Assembly: GCA_013115145.1 (NCBI GenBank)
Contig: JAAPAO010000098.1
Coordinates: 14,519-78,518, forward strand
DNA from: Perkinsus chesapeaki ATCC PRA-425
Taxonomy: Eukaryota; Protista; Perkinsozoa
Direction of reading: 5' to 3'
DNA: 64,000 nt
Positions 13,401 to 25,984 of this stretch are shown here, piece after piece. How positions within the stretch are numbered: the stretch's first letter is position 1; each line of letters starts with the position of its first letter. The position numbers and the translations under genes were made by a program. The notes under the pieces are model-generated. The model was not told where the DNA came from and ran no database searches. It saw only the letters and a list, made by a program, of their open reading frames with translations.

Positions 13401-14560
13401 CCTCCAATTGACTATATGTGATATCTTTGCATTCAACTATCAAAATATCCACTCGCTTCGACACAACTGCTTCTATTCGAGGAGCCACACTTGCCGCTTG
13501 AGCAAGACATGGACGAGCTTGTGCCTGATAGTTGAATAATAGTCTATTACCCATGTCACGTAAGAACAGCTATGTCGAGATCAGACTGTTATTGCTACTA
13601 ATGCTACTCGACTCTCCATAGGCTATAACATTTGTACTTATTAATCTCAACAACGTATAATAAACCTTATGTCGAGTGATATTTCAATAATTTATAATTA
13701 CGATTCTATAACCATTAGTTTCATCAATAAATTAACAGTTGTTCGATAGTCTATAACAGCTATTCACCCTACAGTCTTCAGAATTCTCCCGCTATTTCCA
13801 GGAAAACTTTTAATAAAAGTTGCTTCGCTCCGCCCTGCTTCCCCCTACAATAAATGCGTCAATAATGCTCCTTTCCCTCTCAACACTCTCAGGCGCCTTC
13901 AGCTGCTTCGGCACTTTCCTCATATCATCTGTTTTCGCTATTAATTTGGATGCCTATGAACTCCAAAATACTGTTTTTCCATCAGTTTCTCCCCCTTACA
14001 GTATCAGTATAATCCACAGTTGCTATTGCCGAATCCATCGCCCGTCTAAGGCCGCTATCAGCTTGGATCCTCTCCGCCCTAGCTGCTGTCTTCTCCTCCA
14101 CTTCCTGCCAATACCTAGATGCCATACCCGTATACTTCACCCGCCACCCACCATTTGCACATCTAACAAAGTCTTTCCCCTGAAAGTTAATCCAGAAATT
14201 TTCCAAAAATTACCCGAAATTTCGTAAAATTTTCCGGAACTTCCCACAGTGTTCACGGAATGCCGAGGAATCCCAAAAACACATCCGAATTCTATGACCT
14301 ACTACCTCTGCAAGGCTTGACTAGCCGGCCCGATATCCTCATCGATAATTCTCGTAACGGTTTGGTATTCTCCTCCAGCATCCTTCTTGGCTCTACTTGT
14401 CATCTCATCCAGCTGCTCTTGAGCATCTTCGAGCTCAGATCTCTTTGCCGCAAGCTGATCTTCTAACGAAGCCTCTGATGGTGATGTCGAGGCCGATAAC
14501 AAAGACAATCTGAGGATTAATACACCATCTCACCATCCACCTGGACGAAGAATATTCCCT
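10410..14560 (-). CDS. RINT1: RINT1/TIP20-family Dsl1 tethering-complex subunit, multi-exon; ends approximate
   Basis: QRFLYHF... and TNRLDRPEWAIARF match the family RF.YHF...TN.LD(K/R)PEW signature; N-terminal coiled coil LEDQLAAKRSELEDAQEQL. Confidence 0.7.
10694..10737 (-). other. 44-nt predicted intron containing tRNA V-loop/T-arm (B box)
   Basis: GTAGGAGGTTCGCGGGTTCGATCCCCAGACCTAAGAGTTATCAG; splicing gives LIKF|YDIKHVVVASLDR. Confidence 0.65.
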
Positions 14561-14569
14561 AAAGACATG

Positions 14570-15700
14570 GCAGAGAGTTAGAAAGAAGGATATGTCCCAA
14601 ATGCAACACATTCCTCTCAGTCCGGGAGGTCCCACAATTCTTCACCATCATGGTTCATTCTATCTCGGGAGTCTCCTCGATTTAGAACAACCGCTGTGAA
14701 ATCTTCTAATGCTCGGTAGAATTTCCAGAATCTACCGCAACAGAAATTTTCAAAAGATTTTCCTTCCATATTCAGAATTTCTACTGTAAATTTTTCCCGA
14801 ATGCACAACCTCCACACTCCCTCCTAGGAAAAACTAGTCCGCTCGAACACAATCTGACTGTCCCATTTCTACATCTCAATAAATCCTCACAGGATTCCAC
14901 CAGCGCTACAAGCGTCAATATCTGCTCTATTTCTATTATTGCAATTATTGTATAGGTTGCTGGAAATTTGATTATCTTATATCCAGCAAGCCCTCTCCGC
15001 TGCTCGTCATCTTGACAATGTCGATCCCCCAAGACCCGTAGTAGTTGTGGTAGTCATCACACAAATACACTATCGCCGAAAAGTCTCCAAATCCACATAT
15101 TAATATATCAATTATTCAAATTGATTGATTCCCGCATCCCAGTTTTCCCCGACCCTCCCTCTCTTCAGTACACATCATCCTGATAATGCCTAGTCCCTCT
15201 AATAACAGCCTTCTCTCTCATCCAGTTCCTTTTGCCTCCTTCAATCGCAGCGAATTTCGAACCAAGTTGCTCGGCTACCGCTGCTTTATTGGATTCGAAT
15301 CTTTCACGGCTGTGAATGCGCCAGTCGACCTCCTCAGGAGAGGGCCTGAGAGCGAACTCGAATCAAAATCTGAAACTTGTTACCCGCAGTGGTGGAATAT
15401 TTCTCAGTCCTGCTCGGTCGTTCAGTTGGCCTCCATTTTAGCCCATCGTTTAACAGCTCTCCTCTGAAAATTTCGTCGATTTTCCCCAAATTTTTCCGAT
15501 TTTTCCAAAACTTTCCCCGTTTTTCCCAAGCTCATCACCTCGTCGGCAACCACGCCTCCAGAAACTCCTTAACAGTTTTATTAGATTGAACACGCGATTG
15601 CACCGCCGGCTTGGCCTTCTCTCCCCCTATATTCGTATGAGAGTCAAGGTACCGTGCCACAAACATAACCCGACTTGACAGGAAAAAAACTGACAATGGT
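14570..15700 (-). CDS. hypothetical protein, multi-exon (possibly 5' part of the RINT1 gene)
   Basis: Open exon-like segments KTVKEFLEAWLPT, EELLNDGLKWRPTERP, PSPEEVDWRIHSRERFESNKAAVAEQLG between GT/AG signals. Confidence 0.4.
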
Positions 15701-16059
15701 CCATAAGATATTAATTCTATATATCAATATATAGCTTTTGCTATATAATATAATAACATCAACATACATAACATAGTCACACGTAAGCCCTCTTTATAAA
15801 GTACTAAAGGTGTGTATTTCACGCATTCCTATAAACATGTACTGCATGATCTCATCGGGGTCCTCGAGAGACCGCATTCAACTGTAAGTCACCTTGCGTC
15901 GAATCCTAGGTAATACGTAACGCCTCCCAGTCACGAGGGTAATACAGAGGAGCAATGCCGGCTTGGGTGACTTCCAGACCGAATCACTACTGCTGACTCA
16001 AACACCAAACTGAAGAACACTGTGAAACTTGATAAGGAACTATACCGCAGAAATGATAC

Positions 16060-16573
16060 ATGCCGAGATCACAACGGACGAACGCTTCCTTTAAGCTGGT
16101 GGAAACCTGGAAGAAATGGAGGCTTAACAAGATGGAAAGCTCCGATGCCGGGGGAATAATAAATGGTGAGCCACCCAAAGGGGATGTCCTTAGCAGTTTC
16201 GGCTGCTGGAAATCCTCAAGATCAAAATTCGTATTGTTCGTTCCGCGGTCGAAACGGTTTCCACCTTGCCCTTGCCGATGACGAAATTGAGATGTCGAGG
16301 ACCATTGCAGAGGAGCTAGGAACGTTTAGCAGGATTACAGAGAGACAGTCCCAGAGGCTGCCACCATTTACTACCATCGAGATCCATGCCGAATTTCCTG
16401 AATTTCTTGTCATAGTAGGTGACATCATCCAACAGAGACACCTGAGGAGCACCTCACATGAGCCGTATTCCCCACAGACCAACCCCTCCGTGTCGAACAG
16501 CATGGCGGAATATCTTCATTATTTCCTTGCCCTTCTGAAGCGGCACCTGACATCAGCTTTGACCAGCGAATGA
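16060..16573 (+). mobile_element. possible degenerate retroviral-type integrase remnant
   Basis: Two frames: W..MESSDAGG...SRSKFVLFVP and ...EF...HLRSTSHEPYSPQTNP, resembling rve W....D..GP..D.FSK and T.PY.PQ.NG motifs; catalytic acids not conserved. Confidence 0.3.
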
Positions 16574-18183
16574 AGACGCTCTGACTACTTCCTGTCCCTC
16601 TCGACATTGCGGAAGGGGCTGAGGCTCCCTATTGGACGGGCAATGTGCCATTTGGACCAGAAGATGCTCTAGCCTGGTGTTCGGTATGTCATGGACGAAT
16701 CTAAGTAAGCGAATTCAGACAAGTGGCCAACGGTATCCGACTAGCAGTTGGATATGACCGAGCGACTGGTAGATAAACGTAAATCACCGGTAGGAAGTAC
16801 TTCATACTTGTACTGGATACTTCTTTCAGTTTGAAAAGTCTTCCATCTTTCCTTCCCTATATTACATCCATTTAAGCATGATAGCTCCCCTCCTCACAAT
16901 GCCATCCGGCCACCTTAAAGATACACTCTCATTGACTCCTATTAACTGGCACATCTGATACCAACATTTCTCCACAAAACTGCCATACCTACCCCTAGAA
17001 ACATCCCCGAGCCCGAGACCGAGAAAAATATATAAACTGGGGGAGACTCGGTGTCCGCTGCCGCACACGATGGATGGCCCATTAGGGCTTTTTTAAGCTG
17101 CGAGAGAAACTCCAGCGATGACGGGGACCAAACGCCGAACCTGACCAGATCGTATTGAGCGGCTTATTGAGGTGTTCGGGGCGCGAGATGAACTTGCTGG
17201 AAATTATCCTAGTATTTGGAAACCACTTAAATTGGTTTTTTACACAGACTTATCTGTACTTGCTGGTAAGAATGTTTCCAGGGAAATCTTTAAATGGTTC
17301 CACAGTGGAAGCATTTACCATTTACAGGATCCACTGGAACTTATTATTTATTAGTATTATAGATGCCTACAGTGGAACTTCCAGTTTAAGGGCCTACTTT
17401 CATTGCTCTGGCGGATGATTTGACGAGTCACCCGACTACTATGGAGAATGCTATAACCTTATAACATACGCTAGTAGAATCATAGATTGTCTTAAACAGC
17501 TGATATATTGCAAAACGACATAAGAGGAAGGAGGAAGACTCCCGTTAGAGCTCATGCCCCATGCCACGGCCCTCCAATCCATCTATTACCGTAATGCTAT
17601 ATAGACGTTCTCCTCGCAGTTTGATTTGCACACGAAAAACTTAGCAGCCTTCGGGTTAGCGTCGAACAGGTATGAATTGACGTATGAGAACTCCTCGGCA
17701 ACAGTACTTGGCACAATCAATGAGACATCGCATCGACCAGAAGGCGAGCCGGAGCCGGTGGACGCCAGTGGTAATAAGGATTCCCGGAGCCGTTGGAGTC
17801 TAAGATACCGGAACCCTACCTGAATTCGACAGTAGAATGGAACGAGACAGAAGCTGCTACTCGACTAAGTCTCATTGTTGGAGCGGTCCCTTTACTGTCG
17901 GACTTCCCTGGTGATGTGTCGTCAGGTATCATCTACGATGGTTGGGATGTCGACAGGTTATAAGATGAAGGACGAAAAGACCCTGCATTATGGTTTGTAA
18001 ATTCGACACGCTAAATACTGCTAGTGAGGGAATACGTTAAAACGCAACCGACAAGTGCTCCGAGAAACAGCATTAGGTAATGATATGGAAATATTACTAC
18101 TCAAGCACGGACTGCCGAAGCGATTGAATACATTCACCATGACAGTTGAAGATGGCTCTGAGACGCCACTAAGTGGTGCAATA

Positions 18184-18430
18184 CAGTGGGTACTGTGCTA
18201 ATGTACCACTGGACCGTCAGAGATGAGAACCTCTCGACGAGAGGCTCTCGTCGATCGAGCTGTGGTTGATGAACCGAGGGGGTAGGCTACCCCCTCGGTT
18301 AATCCCCGGGTAGCCAGGCCCTCCGGTAGGAGCATACCGCGCGTATATGGAAAATTCCCGCTCGAAAGCAGGCGTGCGCGGGACATTGTTCCGCGACCGC
18401 AGCAAGGGAACTGCCATAACCGGCAAAATG
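18184..18430. other. cluster of palindromes/hairpins of unknown identity
   Basis: 10-bp (18234-18254) and 14-bp (18272-18300) perfect inverted repeats, each with a 1-nt spacer and centre AGGCT, plus several smaller stems. Confidence 0.7.
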
Positions 18431-18498
18431 TATTGAGATGCTTTAAGAAATCTTTTGTCGACTGTGTCTGTTTCAGTATTGAATCTCTATTTCGAGAA

Positions 18499-18875
18499 AT
18501 GATGCCGATTTTCATCATGATGATTGCTGCCCTACTGACAGCTTGCAACGAAGGCCTGGTAGCTCCCACTCCTCCAGACTACTCCCGCAACACAAAGGCG
18601 GTCGAGGAAATGTCTAGGATGGAATTGGTGTGGGAGCTAATGCAGAAGCAGTTGGAACTGGATGAACTGCGGGAGAAATTCGAGGCCCTTGCTGGCTCTC
18701 GTAGTTCTCCAGAGGACAGTCCAGTTTCCTCTACGACTGCTTCTGCACCAGGCGCAGACGGCATGGAGCTCCGAGGAAGGTACTCTAGGTTGTGTTAGCG
18801 AGTTCTTGTCATCTATGGTATTCAGGTATTGCTCGTCGGCTTGGCCTGCTGCCGGAGCTCCAGTGGTCGCCATTG
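18499..18875 (+). CDS. small secreted coiled-coil hypothetical protein
   Basis: MMPIFIMMIAALLTACNEG signal peptide; MELVWELMQKQLELDELREKFEAL heptads; 3' end inferred. Confidence 0.55.
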
Positions 18876-19442
18876 TGATGATATTGGCGCTCATTTAATA
18901 TTATAATTAAGTTATTATTGCATGATGAGATTTTTTGTATATAATTAGACTCGAGTAGGCAGCGTTGTGTTACAGTGCTTCTATAGGTGGGCGGCCCACC
19001 GTGGGCCATAGACAAACGGCGATGTTAGTAGTCGAATGAAGACCCAGGCCCCAGGTCACCTTGGCCAGGTGTGAAATATACTGCCTCTACCGGCCATGGA
19101 CCATCTATACGGCGAAACTATGTTCGATAGGCCGAACTATCGCGAGTAATTTCTTGGACGTCCACGGAGCCTCTACAACATGTTACTTTCGAGCAATGAT
19201 CGCTTATCACGAAAAACCTAACTCGCAAGGAAATGGAGCAAATGATAAAGGTGACGGAGCTTCCGTGAAACCCAAACACATGCAGAACATCCTTCCACTT
19301 TTGTGAACCAAAGCTTAATATCGTAATATACTAGAAACTTTCGATTGTATCTTTAGGGAGACCATGTCTTCCCACAATTCAGATAACAACAGTACATAAA
19401 CACAGTGAACATTAACAAGGATACACTTTAAATTACACAACT

Positions 19443-20484
19443 TTACTCAGCCTTGGAATCGTGACCTCTCTTGGCCATACCTTCCTCAACAGCCTTCCTA
19501 ATTACTCCAATCACCGACTCGGGATCGTTGGTCCTAGAAAATGAATTTCAAATAGAATACCACAAAGCGACCAACTCTACCTGAACACGGCACTTCCAGC
19601 AACAATAACATTGGCACCAGCGTCACCGGCTACCACGGACGTTGTGGAATTGAGGCCACCATCAACCGTGATGTCTGAAGGGGACTCGAATGCTACTTAA
19701 AAGAAGTTCTCAAAGCTACCTAGGGAATGACCGTATCGGTCACGAGCTTCCTCGACCTTCCCCATCATATCAGGCATGAACTTTTGGCCACCGAATCCAG
19801 GCTCGACGGTCATAACCTGAAATAAAAAATAGCAAGACGTAGAAAGGCGCTAAAATCTCACGAGAAGATCATCAATCATAATCTCTTTGGCGTCATCTTT
19901 TCGTCCAATGTCAAGCACAGCCTGTACAGCGCTGAATGGCGTCTTCGGTTTAATAGCAATACCGACACGCATGCCTAAGGATTAACAATGAAAGGCAAAC
20001 AATGGTGAGAACGCAACCTACCGTGCGCGCGGATGGCCTGGCAAACCTTCACGCATTCCTCGTGATCCTTGACAGCTTCAATATGGAAATCAACCTATCG
20101 TGAAGGCATTACAGCGAGGAAAGGAGCCTTACTATCGCACCTGGTTGCAGCCACACTTCTTCAGGTCTTCGATCCATTCCATGGGATTCGTCACCATTAT
20201 GTGAGCGTCGAAAAACGGATGAGCATGGCCTGTCTGGGACTCTGAAAAATTGCAATATAAAAGTCGATATTTCCATCTATGTTACCTTGTTTCTTATAGT
20301 ACTTATCGAGGCTCTCAACAACAGGGAAGCCGAACGACAGGTTCGGAACAAAGTGGCCGTCCATGAAATCTAGATGGAGCCAGTCTGCACCACCTTTAAC
20401 GACCTCATCACAGTCCTTAGCGAGATTAGCAAAGTCAGCAGCGAGGACGCTGGGAGCAACAATAGCCTTGCAAGTTGATGACAT
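19443..20484 (-). CDS. RPE: ribulose-phosphate 3-epimerase, multi-exon
   Basis: [75 protein letters not shown]. Confidence 0.97.
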
Positions 20485-21076
20485 TTTGGTAAATGATCTT
20501 TTCATACACTAATTTGAGGATCTAGCGACTGTGACAGAAATCACACAATAATGAGACAGTTAAGTCACATCGGAATGTCTACGCCAAGATACGTCCGCTT
20601 AGCACTTCCTAGCGGACCGGAGAAGTTCGGTTTATGAGGTAATGGTTAAGAGCTTAGGATAATCATTGGGGTTTTGTTGACCAAACCGACTAAGATTGGC
20701 ATTTCGGAATATTAGGAAAATGCTAGAATTGATAAGAGTTCAAGAATCAGCGCCAGCATGCGAAATTGGCCGGGATTGGACGGTGGTAGAAAGAGTTTGG
20801 AATAGACCATAAAGAGTCGGGCTATTATTGTTGGTATGCAGTTTATTATTACCTTGTAGTAGTAGCCTTCGCCGCCCTGTCATCCTACTCGACGGATATA
20901 GCTAGAGGTGTCAGAAAGATACACCGTCCTGTGATAGTATGTAAAGACGCCACTGTTGGTCACAATTCGACATTTGATCCTATCAAGTATACTAGCGAGA
21001 TTGAGAAGGTCGTCTTTGAGGCTCTTGGGGAGAGTAATACCACTTCACACTAGCTAGGTTGGAGTCATTCCGAATT

Positions 21077-21327
21077 GATTCTACCTTACATCTATTCCGG
21101 GTCGATTTTACCTTACATCTATTCCGGGTCGATTTTACCTTATCTATTCCGGGTCGATTTTACCTTATCTATTCCGGGTCGATTTTACCTTAATAAATCT
21201 ATTCCGGGTCGATTTTACCTTAATAAATCTATTCCAGGTCGATTTTACCTTAATGAACCTATTCCGGGTCGATTTTACCTTAATGAACCTATTCCGGGTC
21301 GATTTTACCTTAATAAATCCATTCCGG
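21077..21327. repeat. minisatellite, ~9 copies of a 25-30 bp unit
   Basis: gattttacctt(a/aca/aataa/aatga)...tattccgggtc repeated head to tail. Confidence 0.95.
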
Positions 21328-21535
21328 TATATATTATTTATTATATAATATTATTTCACTTTGCTCAGTTTCGAATAGATTTAATCTTGTTAAATCATTC
21401 TCGAGTAGATTTCACCTTATTGAATAACTCAGTTTCGCATTGACTTTTCATCGTTAAATAAACCAGCCTAAAGTCCTAGTGTCGCATTCTGGAACCAATT
21501 GGCTGAACGTCGAGACTCTCTGACCAACCCATTAC

Positions 21536-22835
21536 ATGTCAAATGCTTTGTCTGCTCTTAAGGTAAGCCTTCGAGTCCCGGTACCATATCACCGTATATT
21601 GACGGCAGCAGCCAAGTTGACTCCCTATTCGCATCTAGCTCATCATTGGCGACACTCAGCAGCAACGGCAGCAGTACAGTCAGGAACTGCCTTGGTGTTT
21701 ATATACTTACCAGTCATCTGGAAGACCAAGAAGATAGAAAGATACTCTTGAAGGTCGAATGAGCACCTCTATTCGGCGCATCATTTCAGATAGTTTAGGT
21801 TGTCCGAGCTCCCGACTATGAAGTTGATACCATTACGGCCACCGCTGAGGTCTACCCGAAGTTGCTGACCGATCCTCGATGCACGGTACCATGGTGCATT
21901 ATCGATGTTATATGTGATGATTATGACTGTCATGATGATGTGGAGGATGATGACGATGAAGATGTGACGGCACCTGTGACAGCGTTTCATATACATGTAT
22001 CGAGGTGATAGAGGGAGGGGCTTGGGTAGCTTTGAAGAAGGGGAAGAACACTCTTCAGGAAGTGCAAAGTATCAATAAAGCACTGAGAAATCTTAGTCGG
22101 GTAATTCGTCTTTTTGGTTAGGATCTTTCAACTTTGGTGTGATCCATTAATGCTCCTCACTAATGGAATCTAGGTCAAATCCTCGCGAAAGGATACGCGC
22201 ATTTCGAAACTGCTGGTAGGAAAGTCTATCTCGAAAGAGAATACAAAGTAACCAGACTTTGGCGGACTAGTGGAGACCGAATTATTAGTTTGGTAGTCGA
22301 CGGTATCTGCCTGAGCAGCGTTGTTTCTATGCAACGCGCGCTTCAATGACAGTCCCCAATGGAGACCCCCATGCGTTCGCGTAAACGCAAGTACCCCCAT
22401 GCGGGTTCCGTAAAATCATTTTTGTTGTACGCAACTGTGAAATCGCCGTTGTGCCCATCTGTAAGTGTCATGCACTGCGATGGTACAAGTAAATTTTTCA
22501 TGTGTTCTTCCACGGTAGGGGTAGAGCGGTTCAGTGTGTTTTCGGTATTACTCAATCCGCACAGGTTCGAATCCCAGTGCAGCGTACCTATGTCTGATCT
22601 TCTGATGAAGTGGTGGTTCCATACATCAGCCTTGGCGGACATAGCCCAGCTATGTGAAGTATTCGGTGCTTTCCTGGCAGCCTTCCACCATGATTATCCC
22701 AATCTAAATCACGGCGATATGAACCCTTCAAACGTTCTCGTTGGCGCTGCTACTGCTGCTGCTGCTTCGAAATCGGAGATGGTAGTCACGTGGGTGGGCT
22801 TTGGATCAAAGCCTTGGATACGCCCGATTCCGTAG
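21536..22835 (+). CDS. protein kinase-like/phosphotransferase-fold protein, multi-exon; structure uncertain
   Basis: GAFLAAFHHDYPNLNHGDMNPSNVLV catalytic-loop-like motif and VTWVGFG; upstream exon AEVYPKLLTDPR. Confidence 0.5.
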
Positions 22836-23139
22836 ACGTTTTAGGAAGTCTGATTCGCTTTACATTCGCACGGCTACTTTAATATGCAATATTTTTAACA
22901 ACGATGAAGTGACCAATTTCGTTGTTGCTGAAGCTTCGAAGTAGTTCTTACTGTAAGGTGGACTCAACGCTGGTCGAGTAGTGTGGAATATGAATATCGT
23001 ATCAGTCCGAGAGGGACATCGAGCATTCGCAGAAGAATGCATCTCACCCATTTTTTTTCACCTGGGAAGATTTTTTTGGGGAAAAAATTAAATGAAAAAT
23101 TTCATCATATCCTCTCAATGTTGTATTCCCATTCCATGC

Positions 23140-23767
23140 TCGAAAAAAGCGATTCCCCTTCGAGGAAGGCTGAAGCCCGGCGCCTATACTGAAATCTGGG
23201 CATGGTACATGAGTATTAGTGATGTACCATAGATGTCAACTTCAACGCTTAACCCATACGGTGCTACCGTACAAACGCTGGCCGAGCTGATCGGAATGAG
23301 TGACGAAACTGTAATGATACTATCATCATAGACTTTAATTTCAATCGATACAGTCATGCTATTTTGCAAGTCTAATGTTATTATTCGTAAAATTCAATAA
23401 ATTATATAAAGAGCAAACTTGCACAACGGTTTGGTTCACACTGTATGGGCCATTTAACGATTATTAATATTATTATAAGTAATGTAATATCAGTAGTGAT
23501 GCCTATCATTATTAGTGTAGATCTATCGAGTCGTTTTAGTGCCTTCTCTTTCTTATGCAGGCCCAATCGTCGAGTGTTGGATATGAATTTGTACTAGTAG
23601 ATTGTGGAGGTATGGACACCGATGAAAGTTCGGGAGGATGGGCAGGTGATGCTGACACATTTAGAAGATCATTGAAGGAAATGGGCATCTTGTATGGCAA
23701 TCAATTTATCGCTTTAACGTGGGGATCATTTATGAAGGGATATCAGCAACAGCAGCAGCGACGTTAA
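23140..23767 (+). CDS. hypothetical protein, multi-exon
   Basis: Exon-like frames RGRLKPGAYTEIWAW, TLNPYGATVQTLAELIG, YEFVLVDCGG. Confidence 0.3.
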
Positions 23768-23907
23768 TGCATGGTATGATGGTGACAAGCGGAAGCTGGT
23801 CACTGGGTTTACTCCTTGCAAGCGTTGTGTTATAAGTGCTACGTGATTCTACAAAGGACAGGAAATGTCGGATGGTCATAGTAGTATTCTTTTTAATGGG
23901 GCCGACA

Positions 23908-24894
23908 ATGAATGCAGATGATATGTTACTAGATGGGATGCTTTGTCCGATAAGTCAGCTGGTGATGAGGGATCCTGTCTGTAATAATAATAAGGGGATT
24001 TCGTTATACCACACTAGTGCATCTATAACGATCGTCCTCTGCTTCCTATGTCCCTTAACGATCTCCGAGGCTCCGTATGTTCCTGAGCAATCTCGAAGGG
24101 TCTATGATCTGGGTGTCAATAACTGCTCAACATACCAGAAAGTGTATGGTATGTCGAGCAGTAGAGTATATGACATCTACATAAATATAGTTTTTCGACT
24201 GCTAGATTATTACAGTCTGTCAATCCAATCTCAACGTATCTTTCTCTACAGTAAATTCTACATAGTGCGCTTACGCTCCACTGTACCGATTTTAGCAATT
24301 AGGGATGTCTCATCTTGGGAGGGAATCACACGTTCACTTGGCACTCTCGAGTAGTGCTTGAAGTAGCTTGAAGGCTTAGCGCCGCCGCCGATGATGATAC
24401 AAACGGGCGGTCGAGCTGGTGGACTTAAAACACTGTGCGTCTAATGAGGAATGCGTATTGCTGCCATTTGTAGACATGTGGTTGCAGATGAAATAAGTCT
24501 CCAAATTGGAGACTCCAATACGTGCAATGAATACGTACTTACTTTCGGAATTAGCATTCGTTCATTCACATATAGTAGGATGGTATACACCGTAGGTACA
24601 GTGGATGGTCATTCGTATGAGAGGTCAGCAATCGAAGCATGGTTTAATAATCAACATGCAGCTGGTTTAAGATACTCAAGTCCGATGACAGGGGAAGCAT
24701 TGCCCACACCGACTCTTATACCTAATATCACTCTAAAACGTAATGGGTATCTTTGCGCACTAGAAATATTTCTGCTGCGGTCCTCAGGGGTAATTGATGA
24801 TTTTTTGGATAAAAATCCGGAAGTTGAAAGGCTGATGGACTCGACTGCATCAGCGCCCCCAATGTACATGCAGGATGTAAAACGGACTGGATAA
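23908..24894 (+). CDS. U-box domain protein, multi-exon
   Basis: MLCPISQLVMRDPV joined to TVDGHSYERSAIEAWF...SPMTGEALPTPTLIPNITLK. Confidence 0.85.
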
Positions 24895-25777
24895 TTTTGA
24901 GGCGCGTGAGAAATGTGTTTAGGCATTACCGGCAGCCGTAAGCAGTCACCCGGCCTCAGTATCATATCCTCATATCTCCCGGCGAACCAGTGGCTTTCTA
25001 TACGGTAAGTTGGCAGAGTACTGGTAGATGCAAAAATTTGCGGAAAATCCCCAATGTGCGGCCTGGACCGAACCGCTTAGGCAGCCTTCGTTGGAGGGGA
25101 GTCTAGGTGTCCTCCGACCTTCTTTGGAGATCTCCTAACCTTTCAGATATGCGTACATTATCCTTTGCCGACGTCCCTCTAGGAAATCTAATTGAACTAT
25201 ATAACAATAAGAAGACTGCTAGGCGATGTGGGACATCAGTTTTAAATGATTGGTTGGAATCAGTAAGAGAAGGGGATATGATTCAGTCTATTATGTTCAA
25301 ATTTTGTGCCACAAATATTAATATACTACTTCAAAGCACTTTACGCACCGCTGCCAATTGGAGTTTTGGTAAAGCGTGCGCTTTGCTCGTAATGAGCGGC
25401 TGATGTCTCCGGGGCCTTTCCCAACGAATCGATGGTAGCGAGACTGATTGTCTGAGCAGCACCGATACACGGAGTCTTCGGTCGATCCCGGTAGAATTGA
25501 CAACGCAAATCAGGCGCTTTCGTAGAAAATACTCGTTCAACGATCATTTGCAGTATCGGGGCATCCATAATAGAACGAAGAGATCATAGCAGGCTTTGAT
25601 ATCTACGGTTTAAGAACCCATAGGTGACCGAGAGTCTCTACGAGGAGGTCCCGCTGACTGGAGATTATTGAAGTACAGATTATTTATTCCAGGAAAAACA
25701 GCATAATAAGTAGCCAAAAAGTACCGCTTTACCAGAATTGGATATCGCCAGAAAAAGATCTTTCGAACTACTCGCTC

Positions 25778-25984
25778 TCAACAGTTACATCTGAACTGGT
25801 TGACGCATCTTGCGACAAGCTGATAGCAGTATCCGTAGTAGCAGTCGCACCAAGCATTCCCCTTGTTGCAATTCTCGTGGGCTTTCTGGGTACAGTACTG
25901 ATCAGCTTTGGCTTGTCTACCGCCTCCTTCCGCTAACCAGACCATAATAGTCATCAAGATAAGGATCGGACGGAATACCATCAT
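25778..25984 (-). CDS. small secreted 8-cysteine peptide (family member 1)
   Basis: MMVFRPILILMTIMVWLAEG signal; C-x7-C-x6-C-x-C-x4-C-x6-C-x5-C-x-C. Confidence 0.8.
   Translation of the reverse strand: MMVFRPILILMTIMVWLAEGGGRQAKADQYCTQKAHENCNKGNAWCDCYYGYCYQLVARCVNQFRCNC

Noticed and set aside
13820-14227. Plus-strand 135-aa ORF, and ORFs at 21075-21443 and 55439-55806
   Set aside because: Antisense shadow of RINT1 exons or translations of minisatellites.
18184-18430. SRP RNA, RNase MRP/P, U3 or HDV-like ribozyme
   Set aside because: Only partial look-alikes (CAGG..GGAGCA without GNRA loop; GAAAATTCCC/GGGAACT too close; lone TGATGA).
21077-21327. CRISPR array (also considered for the 46647, 48007 and 55453 arrays)
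   Set aside because: Head-to-tail units with no unique spacers, no cas genes, eukaryotic context.
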